Assembly: GCF_003428155.1 (NCBI RefSeq)
Contig: NZ_QLIR01000002.1
Span: 180,001 to 212,000 of the forward strand
Reading direction: 5' to 3'
Length of the DNA: 32,000 bases
Origin: Fastidiosibacter lacustris
Lineage (GTDB): Bacteria; Pseudomonadota; Gammaproteobacteria; Francisellales; Francisellaceae
The notes under the pieces were generated by a model. It had not been told where the DNA came from, ran no database searches, and saw nothing but the letters and a program-made list of their open reading frames with translations. Each line of letters begins with the position of its first letter. Position 1 is the first letter of the stretch. Made by a program: the position numbers and the translations under genes. Of this stretch, positions 1-8,195 are shown one piece after another.

Positions 1-333
1 GTTGCATCTAAAAAACATTTATTTTTGTTGGGACTTTTTTGTAATTTATCCAATCCCAAGGTGATTATATTTTTTGTGAGTCTATTACCACTATTTGTTT
101 TAAAATCAACCGCACTTTGGTACCATCTAGCTATTATTTCAATTATGTTCTTAAGTACATTTATTTGGTTTGGTTTTGTGGCTTATGTGATGGGATCACA
201 ACATATTCGAGGGCTTTTTATAAAGCATATGGCAAAGCTTGAAATTGTATTTTCAATTATCCTGACAATTTTTGCGTTATTATTGATTTACTCATTTTTT
301 TCTACTTTATTTATTTTTAATTACGTTATTTGA
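1..333 (+). CDS. LysE/RhtB-family amino-acid exporter, C-terminal part. The frame is open from base 1, so the 5' end lies outside the window.
   Basis: Frame 1 is open from position 1 to TGA at 331-333. The product is very hydrophobic, with LSNPKVIIFFVSLLPLFV and C-terminal TM helices typical of LysE/RhtB translocators. Confidence 0.7.
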   Translation, partial: VASKKHLFLLGLFCNLSNPKVIIFFVSLLPLFVLKSTALWYHLAIISIMFLSTFIWFGFVAYVMGSQHIRGLFIKHMAKLEIVFSIILTIFALLLIYSFFSTLFIFNYVI

Positions 334-572
334 CGTAATTTTGACGTAAAAAAACTTTTACGTTTTGATTACAGTCATTTCAATCAAAGGTGTATAACTC
401 CTAACTTTAATTGAAAATATAAAAATGTCCTAGTGCGTTAGGTGTGCTGATGTTATACAAAAGATTTGAAGCAAGTTGATGCAATTATTGTCGATAGCAA
501 ATTTCACTATACTAAAAATTGGAATCAATTAATCTTTCATGCAAGATAAAAAGAATTTACGTTATTTTGACG
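321..572. repeat. Cluster of ACGT-core motifs (TTACGT / TGACGTAA) plus a distal 16-nt copy
   Basis: TTACGT at 321-326, TGACGTAA at 331-338 and 342-349, TTTTACGT at 356-363. The 15-mer TTACGTTATTTGACG (321-335) recurs as TTACGTTATTTTGACG at 557-572, differing by one extra T. Confidence 0.5.
344..366 (+). terminator. Weak, AT-rich intrinsic-terminator-like hairpin downstream of the LysE-family gene
   Basis: ACGTAAAA (344-351) pairs with TTTTACGT (356-363), with loop AAAC, followed by TTT. Confidence 0.3.
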
Positions 573-728
573 GGTTTTGGTGCTAAGTAGACATGTGAAA
601 AGAGTTGAAATATTTTGGTTGCCCACGAGACCATAAACCAAAACAAATAAGAGATTTACTTGCACAGTTTGATAAAGTTCTTTATATTTTGGTCTCATTT
701 AGTCTTATAGCAATATAAACAGGAAAAT

Positions 729-1580
729 ATGAATCAACAGGATAATGACATTATTACTATCAGTGACTTGCTGGTGACATTAGCAAAATATTTTAAATTA
801 TGGTTAGCACTAACCATCATTGGTGTCATAATGAGTATTGCGTATGCAGTCTATCATAAAAATAATTACCAATATAGTGCAAATATTGTTGGACCAAGCT
901 ACATTCAGAATGGGAGTTTGCATGAGATCATTCCTCAAAATCAATTATCTCAGTTAGTAAATATTTATTATCAGCAATTTCGACAACTTGAACAAAAGCA
1001 AAATACGTTAGTAGATCATCTTAATTATGAAAAAGAAAAGTCGATGCTAACAACTAATGCTAAAGGAGAGAATATGTCGCAGGTAGTATCTTTATTTTAT
1101 AATTTTATTCAGTATGTGCAAAAGCAAGAACAGTATATTAATAGAATTCAAAATTGGCAAAACAGCGTACAATTTAACCTTGAGAAATTAGAAGAGCAAA
1201 ACAAAATTTATGAGCAAAACGTGAAACAATTTCAGCATAATATCGACAGTCTAACTACAGCCAATGACTTGGCAAGCTTAAATGGTCAGGCATTACTGAA
1301 TAATTTATCAAACATGATTACATCGTATCAACATCAAATGTTTACCAATAATATTCAGATTCAGAATTACCAATCGCAACTACAATCGCTAAACAAGAAT
1401 ATTACGATGTTGGGTGGAGTTTTAAAATCAATTAATCCGGTTGGGTTGACATCGGTTGTTATTATTATTTTGGGTATGATTTTAACGATTATTTTAGTAA
1501 CAATTGTTGTGTTTATTATTGAGTTTATTCGTAACACAACGTTCGAAGTCAGGCAAAAGCTTAAAACTTATGACAGATAA
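729..1580 (+). CDS. Bitopic inner-membrane coiled-coil protein, Wzz / polysaccharide co-polymerase-like topology
   Basis: AGGAAA Shine-Dalgarno 6 nt upstream of the ATG. The N-terminal segment ISDLLVTLAKYFKLWLALTIIGVIMSIAYAVY resembles the Wzz N-terminal domain plus TM1. The central part (about 190 aa) is Q/N-rich with heptad-like character. P-x-G (NPVG) precedes the C-terminal TM LTSVVIIILGMILTIILVTIVVFIIEF. Confidence 0.6.
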   Translation: MNQQDNDIITISDLLVTLAKYFKLWLALTIIGVIMSIAYAVYHKNNYQYSANIVGPSYIQNGSLHEIIPQNQLSQLVNIYYQQFRQLEQKQNTLVDHLNYEKEKSMLTTNAKGENMSQVVSLFYNFIQYVQKQEQYINRIQNWQNSVQFNLEKLEEQNKIYEQNVKQFQHNIDSLTTANDLASLNGQALLNNLSNMITSYQHQMFTNNIQIQNYQSQLQSLNKNITMLGGVLKSINPVGLTSVVIIILGMILTIILVTIVVFIIEFIRNTTFEVRQKLKTYDR

Positions 1581-1582
1581 TT

Positions 1583-4500
1583 TTAACTTAATGGCGCAAA
1601 CAAACTCATCAATTCGGTTTCACTTAGTTTAAATTCTGCTTGACCTTGTTTGTCATATAATCCACTAGCAAGTGTTGCTTTTTTCTCTTGTAGTTTTAAG
1701 ATTTTTTCTTCGACACTGTCTTTGGCAATGAGTTTATAAACATTGACAGGTTTATTTTGACCTATGCGATAAGCGCGATCAGTTGCTTGCGCTTCAATTG
1801 CAGGATTCCACCACGGATCATAGTGAATAACTGTATCGGCAGCAACTAAGTTAAGCCCAGTACCACCTGCTTTTAAGCTAATAAGAAAGATATTGATTGT
1901 AGGATTGTGACTGAATTTGTCGATGAGTTGTTGACGGTTTTTAGTTTGACCAGTGAGTTGAACATAGTTGATTTTATGATTGTTAAGAGACTCAGCAATG
2001 ATGTCAAGCATTTCAGCAAATTGAGAAAATACTAGGACTTTTCTATCTTCAGAGACAAGTAAATCAAGCATTTCAAGCAGATAATGTAATTTAGCAGATT
2101 CGTTGACCTTTTGCGCATTTTCAAGTTTAACAAGTTGTGGATGACAACAAGCCTGCCTTAACTTAAGAAGCGCATCAAGGATGTGGATATGGCTTTTTGC
2201 TAAACCTTGTGATTTCAAAATTTCACGTACTTTTTTCTCCATTCCCATGCGCACACTTTCGTAGAGTTGCTTTTGACCGGTTGGAAGTTCAATAAGTTCA
2301 ATAGACTCAGTCTTTTCAGGTAAATCCTTAGCAACAAGTGCCTTTGTACGCCTTAACATAAAGGGTGCAATGCGACTTCTTAATAGCTTTAAACGTTCCG
2401 TATCTTGGGCACCTTCAATTGGATTTTTAAAGTATTTACGAAACTGCGCATCATTACCTAGAAAACCCGGCATCAAGAAATTAAATTGTGACCACAATTC
2501 ACCTAGATGGTTTTCGATTGGCGTACCAGTTAGACAAAAGCGTTGTTTGGTAGCAAGGGAGAAAATTGTTTGTGCTTGTTTGCTTTTAGCGTTCTTAATT
2601 GTTTGTGCTTCATCTAGAATAATAGCGCTATAGCTATTTTGATTATGTATCTCTTCGTCTTTTAAAATTAATGGATAACTCGTGACGACAATATCGTATT
2701 GAAGTAATGTGTCATAGTTTTTAGCTCGATCGTTACCATGCAAAAGTAATATTTTTAAGTTGGGGGTGAATTTTTCTGCTTCACGCAACCAATTACCAAT
2801 GACCGAAGTTGGGGTAATAATTAAGGCAGTTGTGAAATCTTTATTATTTTCTTTTTGTAGTTGTAACCAAGCTAAAGTTTGTAAGGTCTTTCCTAGTCCC
2901 ATATCATCAGCAAGGAGCCCACCCATGCCATGAGTGGATAAAAATTGCATCCAACTAACTCCATGCTGTTGATAATCACGAAGCGTGGCCTTGACGTTTT
3001 TAGACACAGGGAGAGATGGTAGGTTTTGAATGTTTTTAAGTGAGTCAACGAAGGATTTAAGTGCTTTGGCTTTGCTGTAATTTATCGCACCACTCTTACC
3101 TAGCTGCTCTTCTAAGCTCATAAGTGAGCCAATCTGCCATTTTGGAAGTCTAAGTCTTGTGCCCCTATTATCGGATAATTCTAATAATGAATTAATTACA
3201 GGCTCAATGAGCTTATAATAGTCAAGTTTAAGTTTGTATTTGTTATCAAGTACGACCAATAAGTCGCTTTTGTTTTTGTCACCAGATCGCTGTAAATATT
3301 TGACAATAATCGGTTGTAAATCAATTGCTTGACCATTGTGATTTACACTTAAATGAACGTTAAACCAGTTGTTTTGTGGACCGTCTTCAATATCAATATG
3401 AATTTCATTTGGATGGATATAGTGACTATTAAAGTCATCGGCAAACGTTACCTGCCAGCCGAGAAGCTTTAGCTCTTCTAAATCATTTAAATAAAAATCT
3501 TGCCATTGATCTTCAGGTGTTTTAGGTGGCAATGATTCAAGCACATAACTAGCTATAGGTCGCGTGCGTTGACGTACAGATTGGGAATAAACAGGTTTTT
3601 GTTTTTTAAAGCCAAAGTTTGACAGGGTAAGTAATTTAATGTATTCAAACTCAATGTCTTTCTCAATAAGCTGACCTTTTAAATCTATCAAAGGACTGCT
3701 GCCATCATGTGGGGAAAAGAGTTGTCCTTCATAATTGAAACTGACATCACCAAAATAACCATAGTATGGCCATTCCATGCTAGCAGCACGATGAAACTCA
3801 ATCATTGCAATAGGTGTCACCTTGTGTGGTTTGATCTGTTGAATATTTTTTGGAAAAGTAATGTTTTTGGCAAGTGGAGAATATTCAATTAGATTACGAA
3901 CAAATAACATATCTTCTTTTGATATGTCATGTAGTTGAGATAACAACAATAATTGTGTTCCTGCAATATCACTTTTGAGCTGACCAATATTGTTGTAACT
4001 AATGTAAAAGGCAGGTGAAGTTGGGATGACCTTAATTTGGTCTTTACCATTTATTGTGATGTTAAAGCGAAATCGATTATTGATTTCTTGCCAATGAAAT
4101 TCAGGAACTAGCTCTTCAGCGCGTATTAATTCACTAGTAGGTGAAACTTCAGCTTTATATAGGCGCTTTGTATCGATAAGAAGAGATAAGAGTTTAGAAC
4201 CATTTTCACCCTCGAGTTTAAGGTTTTGTTTAGTTATATAATACCTATTATAATCCGCACTTTGGCGGATATGGCTTAAAATGATATGATCATCAGTAGT
4301 TGCACATTCTGGATATCGGGTATAGCCTAAAATGAGGTTGAGTAAATTAAGTTTTTGTGGTTTAGCAAGGCTATTATTTTTTAATATGCGTACGGTACTT
4401 GCATGTAGCTCATACCATGTTTGCCCTGATTGAGTGACTTCTTTAATCTGATAAGCAATAAACGTATCATGGATGTTTTGTTTTTCTTGAACTAGTTGAT

Positions 4501-4996
4501 GTGTTACTTTACGTAAACTTTCTGCAAACTCACGTTCGAATTGATTACGATTAAAATGCGCAACAGAAAAAGTATCTTTATTTTTTATGCTTATGTTATT
4601 AATAGGAAAAGTGGTGGTTGTATCAGTAGGGTCTACTGTTTGCGGAGACGTTTCGAGCTTTTTAAGTTCTTCAAATAATGTTTTATTGAACATAAAGATA
4701 ATGGCATAAGTATGCTTACAGAAATCGCCAAAAGGACAAGAGCACTCAGCATCCAGTACTTCTGTCAGTGTGTTTGTATTTTTATCAAACGCAAGTAGAA
4801 TAGATTGTGAGTAAATATTTGTTCCTGAGCCAAAGACTTCACCTTCTACAGCAATAGCATTGTTGATGCTATCAGAACGTCTGGGTTTGATTGAGCGAAT
4901 TGAGTGCTGGTTACAGTAAGTATGAGCTCGTGAAATCGTAGCCGATGTGAACTGTTTTGTAATAGTCTTCGGTAAAAGGCTTGACGAGTGTGTCAT
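1583..4996 (-). CDS. SNF2-family DNA/RNA helicase with N-terminal SWIM zinc finger (SWIM, long bacterial SNF2-associated region, SNF2_N, Helicase_C)
   Basis: SWIM CxCx(n)CxH: CSCPFGDFCKHTYAI. Helicase motif I LADDMGLGKTLQ, motif II ILDEAQTIKN, motif III LTGTPIENHLGELW. C-terminal lobe LISLKAGGTGLNLVAADTVIHYDPWWNPAIEAQATDRAYRIGQ. Confidence 0.9.
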   Translation of the reverse strand: MTHSSSLLPKTITKQFTSATISRAHTYCNQHSIRSIKPRRSDSINNAIAVEGEVFGSGTNIYSQSILLAFDKNTNTLTEVLDAECSCPFGDFCKHTYAIIFMFNKTLFEELKKLETSPQTVDPTDTTTTFPINNISIKNKDTFSVAHFNRNQFEREFAESLRKVTHQLVQEKQNIHDTFIAYQIKEVTQSGQTWYELHASTVRILKNNSLAKPQKLNLLNLILGYTRYPECATTDDHIILSHIRQSADYNRYYITKQNLKLEGENGSKLLSLLIDTKRLYKAEVSPTSELIRAEELVPEFHWQEINNRFRFNITINGKDQIKVIPTSPAFYISYNNIGQLKSDIAGTQLLLLSQLHDISKEDMLFVRNLIEYSPLAKNITFPKNIQQIKPHKVTPIAMIEFHRAASMEWPYYGYFGDVSFNYEGQLFSPHDGSSPLIDLKGQLIEKDIEFEYIKLLTLSNFGFKKQKPVYSQSVRQRTRPIASYVLESLPPKTPEDQWQDFYLNDLEELKLLGWQVTFADDFNSHYIHPNEIHIDIEDGPQNNWFNVHLSVNHNGQAIDLQPIIVKYLQRSGDKNKSDLLVVLDNKYKLKLDYYKLIEPVINSLLELSDNRGTRLRLPKWQIGSLMSLEEQLGKSGAINYSKAKALKSFVDSLKNIQNLPSLPVSKNVKATLRDYQQHGVSWMQFLSTHGMGGLLADDMGLGKTLQTLAWLQLQKENNKDFTTALIITPTSVIGNWLREAEKFTPNLKILLLHGNDRAKNYDTLLQYDIVVTSYPLILKDEEIHNQNSYSAIILDEAQTIKNAKSKQAQTIFSLATKQRFCLTGTPIENHLGELWSQFNFLMPGFLGNDAQFRKYFKNPIEGAQDTERLKLLRSRIAPFMLRRTKALVAKDLPEKTESIELIELPTGQKQLYESVRMGMEKKVREILKSQGLAKSHIHILDALLKLRQACCHPQLVKLENAQKVNESAKLHYLLEMLDLLVSEDRKVLVFSQFAEMLDIIAESLNNHKINYVQLTGQTKNRQQLIDKFSHNPTINIFLISLKAGGTGLNLVAADTVIHYDPWWNPAIEAQATDRAYRIGQNKPVNVYKLIAKDSVEEKILKLQEKKATLASGLYDKQGQAEFKLSETELMSLFAPLS

Positions 4997-5304
4997 TTTC
5001 TAAAAATGCAATAAAAGTAAATCCGTCTAGTTTAGCATTTAATATGTGGAGTGGTTAAGTTAAATTTTCTATTGTTGGATAATAGTCTGGTACCTACTGA
5101 GCATGTGCCATGACTTTCTCGATAGCTTTGTCTTTTAATTTGATACTGGTTAATCCTTTTATCATGGTTTGTTTAGCAACAGCTGTGCTGACAATTTTGA
5201 GGTAACGCTTGATGGTCGTTAAAAGTAAGATGCGTCTTGGAATTTTAGTAAATAGATATTTATGGATGAGATGGATTGCTTAAGGTCAATAAGGTGTAAA
5301 AAAA

Positions 5305-5790
5305 TTAATGGATAGTGAGAGAATTATTCAATAAATACTCTAAACCATAATCGTCATCAGTCATAAAATCACGATTTTGATTGGCTATAGTCATATCAAG
5401 TACCCATATAAACTGCTCGATTGTAATAGACTGGGTGCTAAGCATCATAATTTGATTGATCACAAACTCAAACTCATAGGCGTTGATATCACCACTAAGA
5501 TAGAGCTCATTTAGAATCATTAATCCATTATCAGGAATAATCACTTTTTCGACATTGCTAAAAACTCGTATGGTACCTTTTTGATAGTCAAATGGGTCAA
5601 CTTCATTCAGTTTGGCAAAGCCTTCAAGCCATAGCAGTGTGTTTTCAAGTGTAGACTCATCTAGACCTGCTTTTTTTAATTCACAAAAGAGTTCGTGTGA
5701 GTTGGTCATTTTAACAACATCCTCTTCTATTTGAGTCATGTTGTTAAATAAAGACATTAAAACTTGTAAAATGACAGGTTTACTACTCAT
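5305..5790 (-). CDS. smg: Smg (DUF494) protein
   Basis: 161 aa, acidic, located immediately downstream of dprA as in enterobacteria. N-terminal VLMSLFNN and overall similarity to Smg. Confidence 0.8.
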   Translation of the reverse strand: MSSKPVILQVLMSLFNNMTQIEEDVVKMTNSHELFCELKKAGLDESTLENTLLWLEGFAKLNEVDPFDYQKGTIRVFSNVEKVIIPDNGLMILNELYLSGDINAYEFEFVINQIMMLSTQSITIEQFIWVLDMTIANQNRDFMTDDDYGLEYLLNNSLTIH

Positions 5791-5800
5791 ATTGCCTTAA

Positions 5801-6880
5801 TTAAATTCGTTGATAACCTCCAGGAACAGCACAAATAAGTGCCTCCATCTCAAGTTCAAATAGTATGCCAGTAATTTCCGCATATGTTAAGTTAGTATTT
5901 TCTATTATTTTATCTATGGTTGTGCAAGCTGAACCGATTGCGTCAAATACTCTTTGCTGGCACTCATTAAGTAAAAGTGATTGTTGATAAAATGGTTGCT
6001 TAAGTGTGAATTGTTGTGGAAGATTAAGTTCGGTAGCGATATCTAAAGCATTCCAGACTAACTTAGCACCCATCTGGATAAGCTTATTACAGCCTTGGCT
6101 TTCTGTGTGAAAAATGTTACCAGGGATTGCAAAAACTTCGCGATTTTGCTCAAGAGCATGCATAGCCGTGATTAAAGAGCCACTTTTTTCAGCAGCTTCA
6201 ATTACAAGTACACCTAAACTTAGACCACTGATGACTCTATTTCTTTGTGGAAAGTGATAGCGCTTTGGTGCTTGACCAAGGAGAAACTCAGAGATAATTA
6301 AACCATTTTGTTGGATTTGTTGATATAGGTTACGATTTTGATTGGGGTAGCAAATATCAACACCTGTACCTAGAACAGCAATGGTTTTGCTTTGCAGGGC
6401 TAATGCCTTTTGATGGACTAGGGTATCAATACCTAATGCCATGCCACTGGTAATAGTGAGTTTAAGATCAATCAGTTTAGGTAAAAGTGCATCAACCACC
6501 TTTATTCCATAGTGACTCAATTTGCGCGTACCAACAACAGCAAGTTGTAGCGTTTGTAGTAGGTTAATATCACCTATACAGTACAATGCAAGTGGTGGGT
6601 CAGAAATTTGTTTTAGTTGCGGTGGATAAGCTTCATCATCAAAGCAAATTAACTGGTGGTTTGAACTTGATTTAAGCCATTGATCAATCTTTTTCAAGTA
6701 AGGCTGATAATTTGCATGAGTAATAAAATCAATTGTAGTTTCGCTAAGTCGAAGCATAGTTGCAAATTTATGTGGCTGGCTAATAAATAAGCCAAGATCA
6801 ATATTAGAAGCAATCAATTGTTGATAATGCTTAAATTGAAAGTTAGGTATGTAATGCAAAATAGCGATATTACTGTTCAT
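5801..6880 (-). CDS. dprA: DNA-processing protein DprA (Smf)
   Basis: Rossmann-like core AVVGTRKLSHYG...SGMALGIDTLVHQKAL...VLGTGVDICYP...SGSLITA, with a C-terminal winged-helix-like tail. Confidence 0.9.
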   Translation of the reverse strand: MNSNIAILHYIPNFQFKHYQQLIASNIDLGLFISQPHKFATMLRLSETTIDFITHANYQPYLKKIDQWLKSSSNHQLICFDDEAYPPQLKQISDPPLALYCIGDINLLQTLQLAVVGTRKLSHYGIKVVDALLPKLIDLKLTITSGMALGIDTLVHQKALALQSKTIAVLGTGVDICYPNQNRNLYQQIQQNGLIISEFLLGQAPKRYHFPQRNRVISGLSLGVLVIEAAEKSGSLITAMHALEQNREVFAIPGNIFHTESQGCNKLIQMGAKLVWNALDIATELNLPQQFTLKQPFYQQSLLLNECQQRVFDAIGSACTTIDKIIENTNLTYAEITGILFELEMEALICAVPGGYQRI

Positions 6881-7658
6881 GATTTTTAGACAAGCAGGTG
6901 GATACTAGGCTTTCACTGGTGATTTCTTGTTTGGCATCTGTTATTAGCGCAATTGCATTATGGCTTGCCAAGCGATAAACAAAACCCTTCCCAATGTATT
7001 GTCCAGGAATAGCATAACCTTTTACTTTCATTTGTGGTGATTGAAAATAAACACGCATACCCATTTTAAGTCCATTGGCTTCGCCAATATTAATGAGTAC
7101 AGATTGATAAGTGCCAGCAAAGTCTGCTTTAGTTTCCATGTGTGTAACAACACCTTCAATGTTTCTATCAGCAACGATTTCTTCTTCTGGGAGTTGATTA
7201 TTGATTAAATCAAATGCCACAACGTGATCACCTATGTTAATCTCTTGCGTGGAATTTACTACATGCATGATCAAGGTGTTTTGATAAGTATTATTAAGCT
7301 GTGCTTCGCCTAAACGCCTAAAGACATAATTAAATTTGTTTTTAGCGTAGGGAGTGGGGATGCTGTTTACGTAAGAAAAGATATAATATTTAGAGCTTTC
7401 TTTTGTTTTAGAAACAAAAATGGTATTCGCCGTTGAAATAAGCGATGCTTTATTAGAGGAAGCGATGATTTTACCAGCTTCTGTCAAAGGAATGTCCAAT
7501 AGGTAATAATTACTGAAAAAAATATCATATTGTTTTTCTAGAGTTTGCGCGTAAAGTTTGTGCCCAGACCACCCATTCAGTGTTAATAAAACAGTTAGAG
7601 ATGCCCAAAAAAAACGGCATGGGTTATGTATCTGTGCTATAAACGAATGTTTGTACAT
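6870..7658 (-). CDS. Secreted/periplasmic protein of unknown function, possibly a LysM-less TsaP-like protein
   Basis: Signal-like N-terminus (FFWASLTVLLTLNGWSGHKLYAQ). It occupies the position upstream of dprA that LysM/TsaP-type proteins hold in many gammaproteobacteria. The C-terminal segment VLINIGEANGLKMGMRVYF...GKGFVYRLASHNAIALI is of the beta-barrel type seen in TsaP/FlgT-C-like domains. No LysM motif is present. Overlaps the dprA start by 11 nt. Confidence 0.6.
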   Translation of the reverse strand: MYKHSFIAQIHNPCRFFWASLTVLLTLNGWSGHKLYAQTLEKQYDIFFSNYYLLDIPLTEAGKIIASSNKASLISTANTIFVSKTKESSKYYIFSYVNSIPTPYAKNKFNYVFRRLGEAQLNNTYQNTLIMHVVNSTQEINIGDHVVAFDLINNQLPEEEIVADRNIEGVVTHMETKADFAGTYQSVLINIGEANGLKMGMRVYFQSPQMKVKGYAIPGQYIGKGFVYRLASHNAIALITDAKQEITSESLVSTCLSKNHEQ

Positions 7659-7751
7659 TTTTTATAAATCTCGTAGAATATGCGTGTTAGTAACCTTAAA
7701 AACTCTAGCTGAATTGTTAGAGAAAAGCAAAAAAGACAACCTAGGATTTAC

Positions 7752-8195
7752 ATGAAAATAAAAGCAGATAGCTTTATAAAAATGCATTTTAAAATTCGAC
7801 TTAAAGATGGTTCGATTGCAGAAGATACCAACACTTATGATCGTCCCTATATTTTTCAAATGGGAAAAGGTGTTTTTTCCGAGCGTGTCGAAAAAGAGCT
7901 TTGCGGACTTCAAATAGGTGCTAATCGCAAAATGATGTTAATGCCAGAAGATGCCTTTGGTGATAAGAATCCGGCAATGATTTATGAGGTACCTAAAAAA
8001 AGATTTCCTTCTGATATGGAGCTTGAAGAAGGTCTTATTGTTGCATTTTCACAAAAAGATGGTACCGAATTACCAGGTGTCATTACTTTGATTCAAGAGA
8101 ATGATGTAACAGTTGATTTTAATCACCCACTTTCTGGGCAAGTGATTTTATTTGATGTTGATATTTTAGATGTTTCAGATAAGGATTTTGGATAA
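7752..8195 (+). CDS. fkpB: FKBP-type peptidyl-prolyl cis-trans isomerase (SlpA/FkpB)
   Basis: Strong similarity to E. coli FkpB, including PGVITLIQENDVTVDFNHPLSGQVILFDVDILDV. Conserved fkpB-ispH adjacency with a TAATG stop/start overlap. Confidence 0.9.
   Translation: MKIKADSFIKMHFKIRLKDGSIAEDTNTYDRPYIFQMGKGVFSERVEKELCGLQIGANRKMMLMPEDAFGDKNPAMIYEVPKKRFPSDMELEEGLIVAFSQKDGTELPGVITLIQENDVTVDFNHPLSGQVILFDVDILDVSDKDFG

Noticed and set aside
2370-3892. ORF-track ORFs 2370-2633 (+) and 3707-3892 (+) inside the SNF2 gene
   Set aside because: They lie entirely antisense to a 1137-aa ORF with clear helicase motifs. They have no ribosome-binding site or recognisable motifs, and their composition is typical of shadow ORFs.
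1583-4996. The SNF2 helicase as part of a known defence system (DISARM DrmD, Zorya ZorD, BREX-associated)
   Set aside because: None of the partner genes are adjacent (DrmA/B/C, methylase, ZorABC, PglX/Z). The neighbours are smg/dprA and a Wzz-like protein. The methylase at 31427 is 26 kb away and separated by core operons.
5097-5279. 61-codon open frame on the minus strand between smg and the SNF2 gene (…ILLLTTIKRYLKIVSTAVAKQTMIKGLTSIKLKDKAIEKVMAHAQ)
   Set aside because: It has no ATG/GTG/TTG start until 23 codons before the stop, no Shine-Dalgarno and no recognisable family. It may be a gene remnant, but that cannot be supported from sequence alone.
7558-7913. ORFs 7558-7755 (+) and 7662-7913 (-)
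   Set aside because: They overlap the 5' ends of the secreted-protein gene and fkpB and span the divergent promoter region. The sequences are low-complexity and Cys/Phe-rich with no homology signal, so they are probably spurious.
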